A DNA stretch of 64,000 bases, taken from positions 35,616,001-35,680,000 of the forward strand of contig CP086569.2 in NCBI GenBank assembly GCA_009914755.4, read 5' to 3'. The notes under the pieces are model-generated. The model did not search any database, was not told where the DNA came from, and saw nothing but the letters and a program-made list of their open reading frames with translations. Below are positions 24,162 to 48,640 of the stretch, in pieces. Numbering within the stretch: position 1 is the first letter of the stretch; each line of letters begins with the position of its first letter. This DNA comes from the human T2T-CHM13v2.0 reference genome, Homo sapiens. The position numbers and the translations under genes are program-made.

Positions 24162-24455
24162 TTTTTTTTTAGACAGAGTCTTGTCCTGTTGCACAGGGTG
24201 GGGTACAATGGCGCCATCTTTGCTCACTGCAACATCTGCCTCAAGGGTCCAAGCGATTGGCCTCCCTCAGCCTCCCAGGTAGCTGGGACTACACCACACT
24301 GGGACTACAGCAGCTGCCACCACGCCTAGCTAATTTTTTGGATTTTTAGTAGTGACAGCGTTTCACTGTATTGGCCAGGATGGTCTTGATCTCTTCACCT
24401 TGTGATCCCCTTGCCTTGGCCTCCAAATTTGCTGGGATTACAGGCCTGAGCCAAG
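24162..24455 (-). mobile_element. Alu (antisense), unit 11
   Basis: Placed by period offset. Same variants as unit 10. Confidence 0.88.
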
Positions 24456-25025
24456 ATCCATATTTTTTAAATGAAAAAAAATTTGAAAGGTACTCTGCTT
24501 GGTACAATAATCAAATGTATAAACTGAGGAATAAAACATAACCATGAAACCTACTTATAACTGCATATGGAAAATACAGAGGATAATTTTTTAAATAACA
24601 TATTTTGAAAGCCTTAACTAGTAATTTGAAGAGTTGGCATTTGAAAGGCCAGTATGAATATACCTTCAAAGCAGCAACACAGGTTCCCCATGAGAAAAAG
24701 CAAACACAGGGAAAATGAAAACACAAAGGTTCAATCTCTTCTGACCTTTGAAAGACACAGCACAGACAGTGGTCCTTAGGACGAAGAGCAGGAGACCCCT
24801 AATTCCGTCACCATGGCGATAGGGCATAAACATTGCTGGGTGAGGGCACAATCCACATTGTGAGGTCCAACTGCTGCCAGGAAGACAGGAGTGCTTTTAC
24901 ATAGACCGAAAGGTCATTGAAGGCTCAGAGTTTTGTTTCAAGAACTGAATCCCAAGCCCACACGTTATTAGGCTGCGCTTCTTAAAACAAGTTATGAGAT
25001 GGGAAAAAGGGCACCCACAAACATA
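24456..25025. other. Unique segment, unit 11
   Basis: Same sequence. Variants 'aatttgaaagg', 'gggaaaatgaaaac'. Confidence 0.85.
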
Positions 25026-26577
25026 CGTATACATTATGTATATAATAATATACAGTATCATATATATAATATATATAACCTATGTATAATATTGTTTTAC
25101 ATCCTGCATCTTATGTTATATATATTGTATAAAATATAATAATTGATAATATATAAGTTTTATATCTATACAATATGACATATAGTATATATTATAATTT
25201 ATGACATATATAATATATGTTATATATCATATATAGAATATATTATACGGTTAATATACGTATTAAATATAAATTATACATTATATATATTATATATAAT
25301 ATATCTGTTATATATAATACCCATTATGCATAATATATATATTATGTCTATGTTATATATAGTATAAAACAACATATAATAATATATAATTGTATACATA
25401 AAATGCGACATATAATATATATTATATTTTATGACATATGTAATATATATTATATATTATATATAATACGTTGTATGTATAATACCTATATTAAATATAT
25501 ATTATATGACTATGTTATTAATTACATGTCACATATGTTATATATTATATATTTTACATAGAATATACCGGTTACATGCAGTATATACTATGTTACCTAT
25601 AATGTATAATTGATTACATGTAAAATAAAGAATGCAATATATTATGTATAATTTATAATATACATTATGTGGAATGTGATATATATAACATATAATATAT
25701 GATATATGATATACAGTATATGATATATAACATACAATATATGATACCTAATATATATGGTATACAATATATATTTTATGATATGTATTCTATATGTTTT
25801 ATATTCTGTTATATATAACTATTTGAAATTATATATAACTGTATAATATTTTATGCAAATATGTAATATAATATATATAACTATATAATATATTATATAT
25901 AACTATATATTATGTTATATATACTTTTATCACATAATTTACATTAAATATCATAATATAATATATATTATATTATTTCACATTACATAATATATATTAC
26001 ATATCACCCAATATAAGTAACATACATAATATTATAATATAGATTATATTATGTTATATTAAATATCATATATATCATGTATCATATATTCTATAATATA
26101 TATTACACATTATATAATATGTATGTTGTCTATTATGTGATATATATAACTATATATAATTATATTATTATACATATAACTAGATAAACATGTAATTCTA
26201 CATATTTTCATTTATAATATATAGAATTATATAATCATATATAATTATTTATACTCTATAAAAAATTATATCCTTATATAAATTATAATATATAAAAATT
26301 ATAATATGTACTACATATATATATTATATATCATATATGATATAGTACCTTTGTTATATATCATAATACATATAAATGTGTATTATGTTATCTATAATTA
26401 TATAATTTCATATATAAGTTGTATAATATGTATCAAATATTATATATGTTATGTAATATATATAGTATATATAAGCTGACACAGGATAAATATTATATAC
26501 TATGACATGTAAAATATATGGGGTTATATGTTACATATAAGGCATAGCACATAACATGTAATATATATCATATATAA
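25026..26577. repeat. AT-rich block, unit 11
   Basis: Same block. Shares the unit-10 variants. Confidence 0.9.
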
Positions 26578-26871
26578 TTTTTTTTTAGACAGAGTCTTGT
26601 CCTGTTGCACAGGGTGGGGTACAATGGCGCCATCTTTGCTCACTGCAACATCTGCTTCAAGGGTCCAAGCGATTGGCCTCCCTCAGCCTCCCAGGTAGCT
26701 GGGACTACACCACACTGGGACTACAGCAGCTGCCACCACGCCTAGCTAATTTTTTGGATTTTTAGTAGTGACAGCGTTTCACTGTATTGGCCAGGATGGT
26801 CTTGATCTCTTCACCTTGTGATCCCCTTGCCTTGGCCTCCAAATTTGCTGGGATTACAGGCCTGAGCCAAG
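26578..26871 (-). mobile_element. Alu (antisense), unit 12
   Basis: Placed by period offset. Same variants as units 10-11, plus 'ctgcttcaagg'. Confidence 0.88.
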
Positions 26872-27441
26872 ATCCATATTTTTTAAATGAAAAAAAATTT
26901 CAAAGGTACTCTGCTTGGTACAATAATCAAATGTATAAACTGAGGAATAAAACATAACCATGAAACCTACTTATAACTGCATATGGAAAATACAGAGGAT
27001 AATTTTTTAAATAACATATTTTGAAAGCCTTAACTAGTAATTTGAAGAGTTGGCATTTGAAAGGCCAGTATGAATATACCTTCAAAGCAGCAACACAGGT
27101 TCCCCATGAGAAAAAGCAAACACAGGGAAAATGAAAACACAAAGGTTCAATCTCTTCTGACCTTTGAAAGACACAGCACAGACAGTGGTCCTTAGGACGA
27201 AGAGCAGGAGACCCCTAATTCCGTCACCATGGCGATAGGGCATAAACATTGCTGGGTGAGGGCACAATCCACATTGTGAGGTCCAACTGCTGCCAGGAAG
27301 ACAGGATTGCTTTTACATAGACCGAAAGGTCATTGAAGGCTCAGAGTTTTGTTTCAAGAACTGAATCCCAAGCCCACACGTTATTAGGCTGCGCTTCTTA
27401 AAACAAGTTATGAGATGGGAAAAAGGGCACCCACAAACATA
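26872..27441. other. Unique segment, unit 12
   Basis: Same sequence. Variant 'gggaaaatgaaaac'. Confidence 0.85.
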
Positions 27442-28997
27442 CGTATACATTATGTATATAATAATATACAGTATCATATATATAATATATATAACCTATG
27501 TATAATATTGTTTTACATCCTGCATCTTATGTTATATATATTGTATAAAATATAATAATTGATAATATATAAGTTTTATATCTATACAATATGACATATA
27601 GTATATATTATAATTTATGACATATATAATATATGTTATATATCATATATAGAATATATTATACGGTTAATATACGTATTAAATATAAATTATACATTAT
27701 ATATATTATATATAATATATCTGTTATATATAATACCCATTATGCATAATATATATATTATGTCTATGTTATATATAGTATAAAACAACATATAATAATA
27801 TATAATTGTATATATAAAATGCGACATAATATATATACTATATTTTATAACATATGTAATATATATTATATATTATATATAATACGTTGTATGTATAATA
27901 CCTATATTAAATATATATTATATGACTATGTTATTAATTACATGTCACATGTGTTATATATTATATATTTTACATAGAATATACCGGTTACATACAATAT
28001 ATACTATGTTACCTATTATGTATAATTTATTACATGTAAAATAAAGAATGCAATATATTATGTATAATTTATAATATACAATATGTGGAATGAGATATAT
28101 ATAACATATAATATATGATATATGATATACAGTATATGATATATAACATACAATATATGATTCCTAATATATATGGTATACAATATATATTTTATGATAT
28201 GTATTCTATATGTTTTATATTCTGTTATATATAACTATTTGAAATTATATATAACTGTATAATATTTTATGTAAATATGTAATATAATATATATAACTAT
28301 ATAATATATTATATATAACTATATATTATGTTATATACACTTTTATAACATAATTTACATAAAATATCATAATATAATATATATTATATTATTTCATATT
28401 ACATAATATATATTACATATCACCCAATATAACTAACATACATAATATTATAATATAGATTATATTATGTTATATGAAATATCATATATATCATGTATCA
28501 TATATTCTATAATATATATTACACATTATAAAATATGTATGTTGTCTATTATGTGATATATATAACTCTATATATAATTATATTATTATACATATAACTA
28601 GATAAACATGTAAGTCTACATATTTTCATTTATAATATGTAGAATTATATAATCATATATAATTATTTATATTCTATAAAAAATTTTATCATTATATAAA
28701 TTATAATATATAAAAATTATAATATGTACTACAAATATATATATTATATATCATATATGATATAGTACCTTTGTTATATATCATAATACATATAAATGTG
28801 TATTATGTTATCTATAATTATATAATTTCATATATAAGATGTATAATATGTATCATATATTATATATGTTATGTAATATACATAGTATATATAAGATGAC
28901 ACAGGATAAATATTATATACTATGACATATAAAATATATCCGTTTATATGTTACATATAAGGCATAGCACATAACATGTAATATATATCATATATAA
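27442..28997. repeat. AT-rich block, unit 12
   Basis: Same block. Shares unit-1 variants 'atgattcctaat', 'ataactaacatac', 'aaattttatcatt'. Confidence 0.9.
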
Positions 28998-29291
<294 letters not shown>

Positions 29292-29861
29292 ATCCATATT
29301 TTTTAAATGAAAAAAAATTTCAAAGGTACTCTGCTTGGTACAATAATGAAATGTATAAACTGAGGAATAAAACATAACCATGAAACCTACTTATAAATGC
29401 ATATGGAAAATACAGAGGATAATTTTTTAAATAACATATTTTGAAAGCCTTAACTAGTAATTTGAAGAGTTGGCATTTGAAAGGCCAGTATGAATATACC
29501 TTCAAAGCAGCAACACAGGTTCCCCATGAGGAAAAGCAAACTCAGGGAAAATAAAACCACAAAGGTTCAATCTCTTCTGACCTTTGAAAGACACAGCACA
29601 GACAGTGGTCCTTAGGACGAAGAGCAGGAGACCCCTAATTCCGTCACCATGGCGATAGGGCATAAACATTGCTGGGTGAGGGCACAATCCACATTGTGAG
29701 GTCCAACTGCTGCCAGGAAGACAGGAGTGCTTTTACATAGACCGAAAGGTCATTGAAGGCTCAGAGTTTTGTTTCAAGAACTGAATCCCAAGCCCACACG
29801 TTATTAGGCTGCGCTTCTTAAAACAAGTTATGAGATGGGAAAAAGGGCACCCACAAACATA
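29292..29861. other. Unique segment, unit 13
   Basis: Same sequence. Confidence 0.85.
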
Positions 29862-31708
<1,847 letters not shown>

Positions 31709-32278
31709 ATCCATATTTTTTAAATGAAAAAAAATTTCAAAGGTACTCTGCTTGGTACAATAATCAAATGTATAAACTGAGGAATAAAACATAACCATGA
31801 AACCTACTTATAAATGCATATGGAAAATACAGAGGATAATTTTTTAAATAACATATTTTGAAAGCCTTAACTAGTAATTTGAAGAGTTGGCATTTGAAAG
31901 GCCAGTATGAATATACCTTCAAAGCAGCAACACAGGTTCCCCATGAGAAAAAGCAAACTCAGGGAAAATAAAACCACAAAGGTTCAATCTCTTCTGACCT
32001 TTGAAAGACACAGCACAGACAGTGGTCCTTAGGACGAAGAGCAGGAGACCCCTAATTCCGTCACCATGGCGATAGGGCATAAACATTGCTGGGTGAGGGC
32101 ACAATCCACATTGTGAGGTCCAAGTGCTGCCAGGAAGACAGGAGTGCTTTTACGTAGACCGAAAGGTCATTGAAGGCTCAGAGTTTTGTTTCAAGAACTG
32201 AATCCCAAGCCCACACGTTATTAGGCTGCGCTTCTTAAAACAAGTTATGAGATGGGAAAAAGGGCACCCACAAACATA
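31709..32278. other. Unique segment, unit 14
   Basis: Same sequence. Confidence 0.85.
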
Positions 32279-33834
32279 CGTATACATTATGTATATAATA
32301 ATATACAGTATCATATATATAATATATATAACCTATGTATAATATTGTTTTACATCCTGCATCTTATGTTATATATATTGTATAAAATATAATAATTGAT
32401 AATATATAAGTTTTATATTTATACAATATGACATATAGTATATATTATAATTTATGACATATATAATATATGTTATATATCATATATAGAATATATTATA
32501 CGGTTAATATACGTATTAAATATAAATTATACATTATATATATTATATATAATATATCTGTTATATATAATACACATTATGCATAATATATATATTATGT
32601 CTATGTTATATATAGTATAAAACAACATATAATAATATATAATTGTATATATAAAATGCGACATATAATATATATTATATTTTATGACATATGTAATATA
32701 TATTATATATTATATATAATGCGTTGTATGTATAATACCTATATTAAATATATATTACATGACTATGTTATTAATTACATGTCACATGTGTTATATATTA
32801 TATATTTTACATAGAATATACCGGTTACAAACAATATATACTATGTTACCTATAATGTATAATTTATTACATGTAAAATAAAGAAAGCAATATATTATGT
32901 ATAATTTATAATATACAATATGTGGAATGTGATATATATAACATATAATATATGATATATGATATACAGTATATGATATATAACATACAATATATGATAC
33001 CTAATATATATGGTATACAATATATATTTTATGATATGTATTCTCTATGTTTTATATTCTGTTATATATAACTATTTGAAATTATATATAACTGTATAAT
33101 ATTTTATGTAAATATGTAATATAATATATATAACTATATAATATATTATATATAACTATATATTATGTTATATATACTTTTATAACATAATTTACATAAA
33201 ATATCATAATATAATATATATTATATTATTTCATATTACTTAATATATATTACATATCACCCAATATAAGTAACATACATAATATTATAATATAGATTAT
33301 ATTATGTTATATTAAATATCATATATATCATGTATCATACATTCTATAATATATATTACACATTATATAATATGTATGTTGTCTATTATGTGATATATAT
33401 AACTATATATATAATTATATTATTAAACATATAACTAGATAAACATGTAATTCTACATATTTTCATTTATATTATATAGAATTATATAATCATATATAAT
33501 TATTTATATTCTATAAAAAATTATATCATTATATAAAATATAATATATAAAAATTATAATATGTACTACAAATATATATATTATATATCATATATGATAT
33601 AGTACCTTTGTTATATATCATAATACATATAAATGTGTATTATGTTATCTATAATTATATAATTTCATATATAAGATGTATAATATGTATCATATATTAT
33701 ATATGTTATGTAATATATATAGTATATATAAGATGACACAGGATAAATATTATATACTATGACATATAAAATATATGAGGTTATATGTTACGTATAAGGC
33801 ATAGCACATAACATGTAATATATATCATATATAA
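32279..33834. repeat. AT-rich block, unit 14
   Basis: Same block. Confidence 0.9.
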
Positions 33835-34128
33835 TTTTTTTTTAGACAGAATCTTGTCCTGTTGCACAGGGTGGGGTACAATGGCGCCATCTTTGCTCAC
33901 TTCAACATCTGCCTCACGGGTCCAAGCGATTGTCCTCCCTCAGCCTCCCAGGTAGCTGGGACTACACCACACTGGGACTACAGCAGCTGCCACCATGCCT
34001 AGCTAATTTTTTGGATTTTTAGTAGTGACAGCGTTTCACTGTATTGGCCAGGATGGTCTTGATCTCTTCACCTTGTGATCCCCTTGCCTTGGCCTCCAAA
34101 TTTGCTGGGATTACAGGCCTGAGCCAAG
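33835..34128 (-). mobile_element. Alu (antisense), unit 15
   Basis: Placed by period offset. 'cagaatcttgtcctgttgcacagggtggggtac'. Confidence 0.88.
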
Positions 34129-34698
34129 ATCCATATTTTTTAAATGAAAAAAAATTTCAAAGGTACTCTGCTTGGTACAATAATCAAATGTATAAACTGA
34201 GGAATAAAACATAACCATGAAACCTACTTATAACTGCATATGGAAAATACAGAGGATAATTTTTTAAATAACATATTTTGAAAGCCTTAAGTAGTAATTT
34301 GAAGAGTTGGCATTAGAAAGGCCAGTATGAATATACCTTCAAAGCAGCAACACAGGTTCCCCATGAGAAAAAGCAAACTCAGGGAAAATAAAACCACAAA
34401 GGTTCAATCTCTTCTGACCTTTGAAAGACACAGCACAGACAGTGGTCCTTAGGACGAAGAGCAGGAGACCCCTAATTCCGTCACCATGGCGATAGGGCAT
34501 AAACATTGCTGGGTGAGGGCACAATCCACATTGTGAGGTCCAACTGCTGCCAGGAAGACAGGAGTGCTTTTACATATACCGAAACGTCATTGAAGGCTCA
34601 GAGTTTTATTTCAAGAACTGAATCCCAAGCCCACACGTTATTAGGCTGCGCTTCTTAAAACAAGTTATGAGATGGGAAAAAGGGCACCCACAAACATA
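34129..34698. other. Unique segment, unit 15
   Basis: Same sequence. Variants 'ggcattagaaagg', 'catataccgaaacgtc'. Confidence 0.85.
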
Positions 34699-36548
<1,850 letters not shown>

Positions 36549-37118
36549 ATCCATATTTTTTAAATGAAAAAAAATTTCAAAGGTACTCTGCTTGGTACAA
36601 TAATCAAATGTATAAACTGAGGAATAAAACATAACCATGAAACCTACTTATAACTGCATACGAAAAATGCAGAGGATAATTTTTTAAATAACATATTTTG
36701 AAAGCCTTAACTAGTAATTTGAAGAGTTGGCATTTGAAAGGCCAGGATGAATATACCTTCAAAGCAGCAACACAGGTTCCCCATGAGAAAAAGCAAACTC
36801 AGGGAAAATAAAACCACAAAGGTTCAATCTCTTCTGACCTTTGAAAGACACAGCACAGACAGTGGTCCTTAGGACGAAGAGCAGGAGAACCCTAATTCCG
36901 TCACCATGGCGATAGGGCATAAACATTGCTGGGTGAGGGCACAATCCACATTGTGTGGTCCAACTGCTGCCAGGAAGACAGGAGTGCTTTTACATAGACC
37001 GAAAGGACATTGAAGGCTCAGAGTTTTGTTTCAAGAACTGAATCCCAAGCCCACACGTTATTAGGCTGCGCTTCTTAAAACAAGTTATCAGATGGGAAAA
37101 AGGGCACCCACAAACATA
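36549..37118. other. Unique segment, unit 16
   Basis: Same sequence. Confidence 0.85.
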
Positions 37119-38674
37119 CGTATACATTATGTATATAATAATATACAGTATCATATATATAATATATATAACCTATGTATAATATTGTTTTACATCCTGC
37201 ATCTTATCTTATATATATTGTATAAAATATAATAATTGATAATATATAAGTTCTATATTTATACAATATGACATATAGTATATATTATAATTTATGTCAT
37301 ATATAATATATGATATATATCATATATAGAATATATTATACGGTTAATATACGTATTAAATATAAATTATACATTATATATATTATATATAATATATCTC
37401 TTATATATAATACCCATTATGCATAATATATATATTATGTCTATGTTATATATAGTATAAAACAACACATAATAATATATAATTGTATGTATAAAATGCG
37501 ACATATAATAGATAATATATTTTATGACATATGTAATATATATTATATATTATATATAATACGTTGTATGTATAATACCTATATTAAATATATATTATAT
37601 GACTATGTTATTAATTACATGTCACATATGTTATATATTATATATTTTACATAGAATATACCGGTTACATACAATATATACTATGTTACCTATAATGTAC
37701 AATTTATTACATGTAAAATAAAGAATGCAATATATTATGTATAATTTATAATATACAATATGTGGAATGTGATATATATAACAAATAATATATGATATAT
37801 GATATACAGTATATGATATATAACATACAATATATGATACCTAATATATATGGTCTACAATATATATTTTATGATATGTATTCTATATGTTTTATATTCT
37901 GTTATATATAACTATTTGAAATTATATATAACTGTATAATATTTTATGTAAATATGTAATATAATATATATAACTATATAATATATTATATATAACTATA
38001 TATTATGTTATATATACTTTTATAACATAATTTACTTAAAATATCATAATATAATATATATTATATTATTTCATATTACATAATATATATTACATATCAC
38101 CCAATATAAGTAACATACATAAGATTATAATATAGATTATATTATGTTATATTAAATATCATATATATTATGTATCATATATTCTATAATATATATTATA
38201 CATTATATAATATGTATGTTGTCTATTATGTGATATATATGACTAAATATATAATTATATTATTATACATATAACTAGATAAACATGTAATTCTACATAT
38301 TTTCATTTATAATATATAGAATTATATAATCATATATAATTATTTATATTCTATAAAAAATTATATCATTATATAAATTATAATATATAAAAATTATAAT
38401 ATGTACTACAAATATATATATTATATATCATATATGATATAGTACCTTTGTTATATATCATATTACATATAAATGTGTATTATGTCATCTATAATTATAT
38501 AATTTCATACATAAGATGTATAATATGTATTATATATTTTATATGTTATGTAATATATATTGTATATATAAGATGACACAGGATAAATATTATATACTAT
38601 GACATATAAAATATATGAGGTTATATGTTACATATAAGGCATAGCACATAACATGTAATATATATCATATATAA
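37119..38674. repeat. AT-rich block, unit 16
   Basis: Same block. Confidence 0.9.
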
Positions 38675-38968
<294 letters not shown>

Positions 38969-39538
38969 ATCCATATTTTTTAAATGAAAAAAAATTTCAA
39001 AGGTACTCTGCTTGGTACAATAATCAAATGTATAAACTGAGGAATAAAACATAACCATGAAACCTACTTATAACTGCATATGGAAAATACAGAGGATAAT
39101 TTTTTAAATACCATATTTTGAAAGCCTTAACTAGTAATTTGAAGAGTTGGCATTTGAAAGGCCAGTATGAATATACCTTCAAAGCAGCAACACAAGTTCC
39201 CCATGAGAAAAAGCAAACTCAGGGAAAATAAAACCACAAAGGTTCAATCTCTTCTGACCTTTGAAAGACACAGCACAGACAGTGGTCCTTAGGACGAAGA
39301 GCAGGAGACCCCTAATTCCGTCACCATGGCGATAGGGCATAAACATTGCTGGGTGAGGGCACAATCCACATTGTGAGGTCCAACTGCTGCCAGGAAGACA
39401 GGAGTGCTTTTACATAGACCGAAAGGTCATTGAAGGCTCAGAGTTTTGTTTCAAGAACTGAATCCCAAGCCCACACGTTATTAGGCTGCGCTTCTTAAAA
39501 CAAGTTATGAGATGGGAAAAAGGGCACCCACAAACATA
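38969..39538. other. Unique segment, unit 17
   Basis: Same sequence. Confidence 0.85.
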
Positions 39539-41387
<1,849 letters not shown>

Positions 41388-41957
41388 ATCCATATTTTTT
41401 AAATGAAAAAAAATTTCAAAGGTACTCTGCTTGGTACAATAATCAAATGTATAAACTGAGGAATAAAACATAACCATGAAACCTACTTATAACTGCATAC
41501 GGAAAATACAGAGGATAATTTTTTAAATAACATATTTTGAAAGCCTTAACTAGTAATTTGAAGAGTTGGCATTTGAAAGGCCAGTATGAATATACCTTCA
41601 AAGCAGCAACACAGGTTCCCCATGAGAAAAAGCAAACTCAGGGAAAATAAAACCACAAAGGTTCAATCTCTTCTGACCTTTGAAAGACACAGCACAGACA
41701 GTGGTCCTTAGGACGAAGAGCAGGAGAACCCTAATTCCGTCACCATGGCGATAGGGCATAAGCATTGCTGGGTGAGGGCACAATCCACATTGTGAGGTCC
41801 AACTGCTGCCAGGAAGACAGGAGTGCTATTACATACACCGAAAGGTCATTGAAGGCTCAGAGTTTTGTTTCAAGAACTGAATCCCAAGCCCACACGTTAT
41901 TAGGCTGCGCTTCTTAAAACAAGTTATGAGATGGGAAAAAGGGCACCCACAAACATA
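41388..41957. other. Unique segment, unit 18
   Basis: Same sequence. Confidence 0.85.
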
Positions 41958-43510
41958 TGTATACATTATGTATATAATAATATACAGTATCATATATATA
42001 ATATATATAACCTATGTATAATATTGTTTTACATCCTGCATCTTTTATTATATATATTGTATAAAATATAATAATTGATAATATATGTTTCATATTTATA
42101 CAATATGACATATAGATATATTATAATTTATGACATATATAATATATGTTATATATCATATATAGAATATATTATACGGTTAATATACGTATTAAATATA
42201 AATTATATACTATATATATTATATATAATATATCTGTTATATATAATACCCATTATGCATAATATATATATTATGTCTATGTTATATATAGTATAAAACA
42301 ACACATAATAATATACAATTGTATATATAAAATGCGACATATAATATATATTATATTTTATGACATATGTAATATATATTATATATTATATATAATACGT
42401 TGTAGGTATAATTCCTATATTAAATATATATTATAGGACTATGTTATTAATTACATGTCACATATGTTATATATTATATATTTTACATAGAATATACCGG
42501 TTACATACAATATATACTATGTTACCTATAATGTATAATTTATTACATGTAAAATAAAGATTGCAATATACTATGTATAATTTATAGTATACAATATGTG
42601 GATTGTGATATATATAACATATAATATATGATATATGATATACAGTATATGATATATAACATACAATATATGATACCTAATATATATGGTATACAATATA
42701 TATTTTATGATATGTATTCTCTATGTTTTATATTCTGTTATATATAACTATTTGAAATTATATATAACTGTATAATATTTTATGTAAATATGTAATATAA
42801 TATATATAACTATAAAATATATTATATATAACTATATATTATGTTATATATAGTTTTATAACATAATTTACATAAAATATCATAATATAATATATATTAT
42901 ATTATTTCATATTACATAATATATATTACATATCACCCAATATAAGTAACATACATAATATTATAATATAGATTATATTATGTTATATTAAATATCATAT
43001 ATATCATGGATCATATATTCTATAATATATATTACACATTATATAATATGTATGTTGTCTATTATGTGATATATAGAACTATATATATAATTATATTATT
43101 ATACATATAACTACATAAACATGTAATTCTACATATTTTCATTTATAATATATAGAATTATATAATCATATATAATTATTTATATTCTATAAAAAATTAT
43201 ATCATTATATAAATTATAATATATAAAAATTATAATATGTACTACAAACTGATATATTATATATCATATATGATACAGTACCTTTGTTATACATCATATA
43301 ACATATAAATGTGTATTATGTCATCAATAATTATATAATTACATACATAAGATGTATAATATGTATTATATATTATATATGTTATGTAATATATATAGTA
43401 TATATAAGCTGACACAGCATAAATATTATATACTATGACATATAAAATATATGAGGTTATATGTTACATATAAGGCATAGCACATAACATGTAATATATA
43501 TCATCTATAA
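41958..43510. repeat. AT-rich block, unit 18
   Basis: Same block. Variants shared with unit 15, e.g. 'gttgtaggtataattcc', 'ataaagattgcaatatactatg'. Confidence 0.9.
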
Positions 43511-43804
<294 letters not shown>

Positions 43805-44374
43805 ATCCATATTTTTTAAATGAAAAAAAATTTCAAAGGTACTCTGCTTGGTACAATAATCAAATGTATAAACTGAGGAATAAAACATAACCATGAAACC
43901 TACTTATAACTGCATACGAAAAATGCAGAGGATAATTTTTTAAATAACATATTTTGAAAGCCTTAACTAGTAATTTGAAGAGTTGGCATTTGAAAGGCCA
44001 GGATGAATATACCTTCAAAGCAGCAACACAGGTTCCCCATGAGAAAAAGCAAACTCAGGGAAAATAAAACCACAAAGGTTCAATCTCTTCTGACCTTTGA
44101 AAGACACAGCACAGACAGTGGTCCTTAGGACGAAGAGCAGGAGACCCCTAATTCCGTCACCATGGCGATAGGGCATAAACATTGCTGGGTGAGGGCACAA
44201 TCCACATTGTGAGGTCCAACTGCTGCCAGGAAGACAGGAGTGCTTTTACATAGACCGAAAGGTCATTGAAGGCTCAGAGTTTTGTTTCAAGAACTGAATC
44301 CCAAACCCACACGTTATTAGGCTGCGCTTCTTAAAACAAGTTATGAGATGGGAAAAAGGGCACCCACAAACATA
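43805..44374. other. Unique segment, unit 19
   Basis: Same sequence. Confidence 0.85.
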
Positions 44375-45930
44375 CGTATACATTATGTATATAATAATAT
44401 ACAGTATCATATATATAATATATATAACCTATGTATAATATTGTTTTACATCCTGCATCTTATATTATATATATTGTATAAAATATAATAATTGATAATA
44501 TATAAGTTTTATATTTATACAATAAGACATATAGTATATATTATAATTTATGACATATATAATATATGTTATATATCATATATAGAATATATTATACGGT
44601 TAATATACGTATTAAATATAAATTATACATTATATATATTATATATAATATATCTGTTATATATAATACCCATTATGCATAATATATATATTATGTCTAT
44701 GTTATATATAGTATAAAACAACATATAATAATATATAATTGTATATAGAAAACGCGACATATAATATATATTATATTTTATGACATATGTAATATATATT
44801 ATATATTATATAAAATACGTTGTATGTATAATACCTATATTAAATATATATTATATGACTATGTTATTAATTACATGTCACATATGTTATATATTATATA
44901 TTTTACATAGAATATACCGGTTACATACAATATATACTATGTTACCTATAATGTATAATTGATTACATGTAAAATAAAGAATGCAATATATTATGTATAA
45001 TTTATAATATACAATATGTGGAATGTGATATATATAACATATAATATATGATATATGATATACAGTATATGATAATTAACATACAATATATGATACCTAA
45101 TATATATGGTATACAATATATATTTTATGATATGTATTCTCTATGTTTTATATTCTGTTATATATAACTATTTGAAATTATATATAACTGTATAATATTT
45201 TATGTAAATATGTAATATAATATATATAACTATATAATATATTATATATAAGTATATATTATGTTATATATACTTTTATAACATAATTTGCATAAAATAT
45301 CATAATATAATATATATTATATTATTTCACATTACATAATATATATTACATATCACACAATATAAGTAACATACATAATATTATAATATAGATTATATTA
45401 TGTTATATTAAATATCATATATATCATGTATCATAAATCCTATAATATATATTACACATTATATAATATGTATGTTGTCTATTATGTGATATATATAACT
45501 ATATATATAATTATATTATTATACATATAACTAGATAAACATGTAATTCTACATAATTTCATTTATAATATATAGAATTATATAATCATATATAATTATT
45601 TATATTCTATAAAAAATTATATCATTATATAAATTATAATATAAAAAAATTATAATATGTACTACAAATATATATATTATATATCATATATGATATAGTA
45701 CCTTAGTTATATATCATAATACATATAAATGTGTATTATGTTATCTATAATTATATAATTTCATATATAAGTTGTATAATATGTATTATATATTGTCTAT
45801 GTTATGTAATATATATAGTATATATAAGCTGACACAGGATAAATATTATATACTATGACATATAAAATATATGAGGTTATATGTTACATATAAGGCATAG
45901 CACATAACATGTAATATATATCATATATAA
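44375..45930. repeat. AT-rich block, unit 19
   Basis: Same block. Confidence 0.9.
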
Positions 45931-46224
45931 TTTTTTTTTAGACAGAGTCTTGTCCTGTTGCACAGGGTGGAGTACAATGCCGCCAACTTTGCTCACTGCA
46001 ACATCTGCCTCACGGGTCCAAGCGATTGTCCTCCCTCAGCCTCCCAGGTAGCTGGGACTACACCACACTGGGACTACAGCAGCTGCCACCATGCCTAGCT
46101 AATTTTTTGGATTTTTAGTAGTGACAGCGTTTCACTGTATTGGCCAGGATGGTCTTGATCTCTTCACCTTGTGATCCCCTTGCCTTGGCCTCCAAATTTG
46201 CTGGGATTACAGGCCTGAGCCAAG
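45931..46224 (-). mobile_element. Alu (antisense), unit 20
   Basis: Poly-T start verified at 45931. Variant 'caatgccgccaacttt'. Confidence 0.9.
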
Positions 46225-46794
46225 ATCCATATTTTTTAAATGAAAAAAAATTTCAAAGGTACTCTGCTTGGTACAATAATCAAATGTATAAACTGAGGAA
46301 TAAAACATAACCATGAAACCTACTTATAACTGCATATGGAAAATACAGAGGATAATTTTTTAAATAACATATTTTGAAAGCCTTAACTAGTAATTTGAAG
46401 AGTTGGCATTAGAAAGGCCAGTATGAATATACCTTCAAAGCAGCAACACAGGTTCCCCATGAGGAAAAGCAAACTCAGGGAAAATAAAACCACAAAGGTT
46501 CAATCTCTTCTGACCTTTGAAAGACACAGCACAGACAGTGGTCCTTAGGACGAAGAGCAGGAGACCCCTAATTCCGTCACCATGGCGATAGGGCATAAAC
46601 ATTGCTGGGTGAGGGCACAATCCACATTGTGAGGTCCAACTGCTGCCAGGAAGACAGGAGTGCTTTTACATATACCGAAACGTCATTGAAGGCTCAGAGT
46701 TTTATTTCAAGAACTGAATCCCAAGCCCACACGTTATTAGGCTGCGCTTCTTAAAACAAGTTATGAGATGGGAAAAAGGGCACCCACAAACATA
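46225..46794. other. Unique segment, unit 20
   Basis: Same sequence. Shares 'ggcattagaaagg' and 'catataccgaaacgtc' with unit 15. Confidence 0.85.
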
Positions 46795-48640
<1,846 letters not shown>

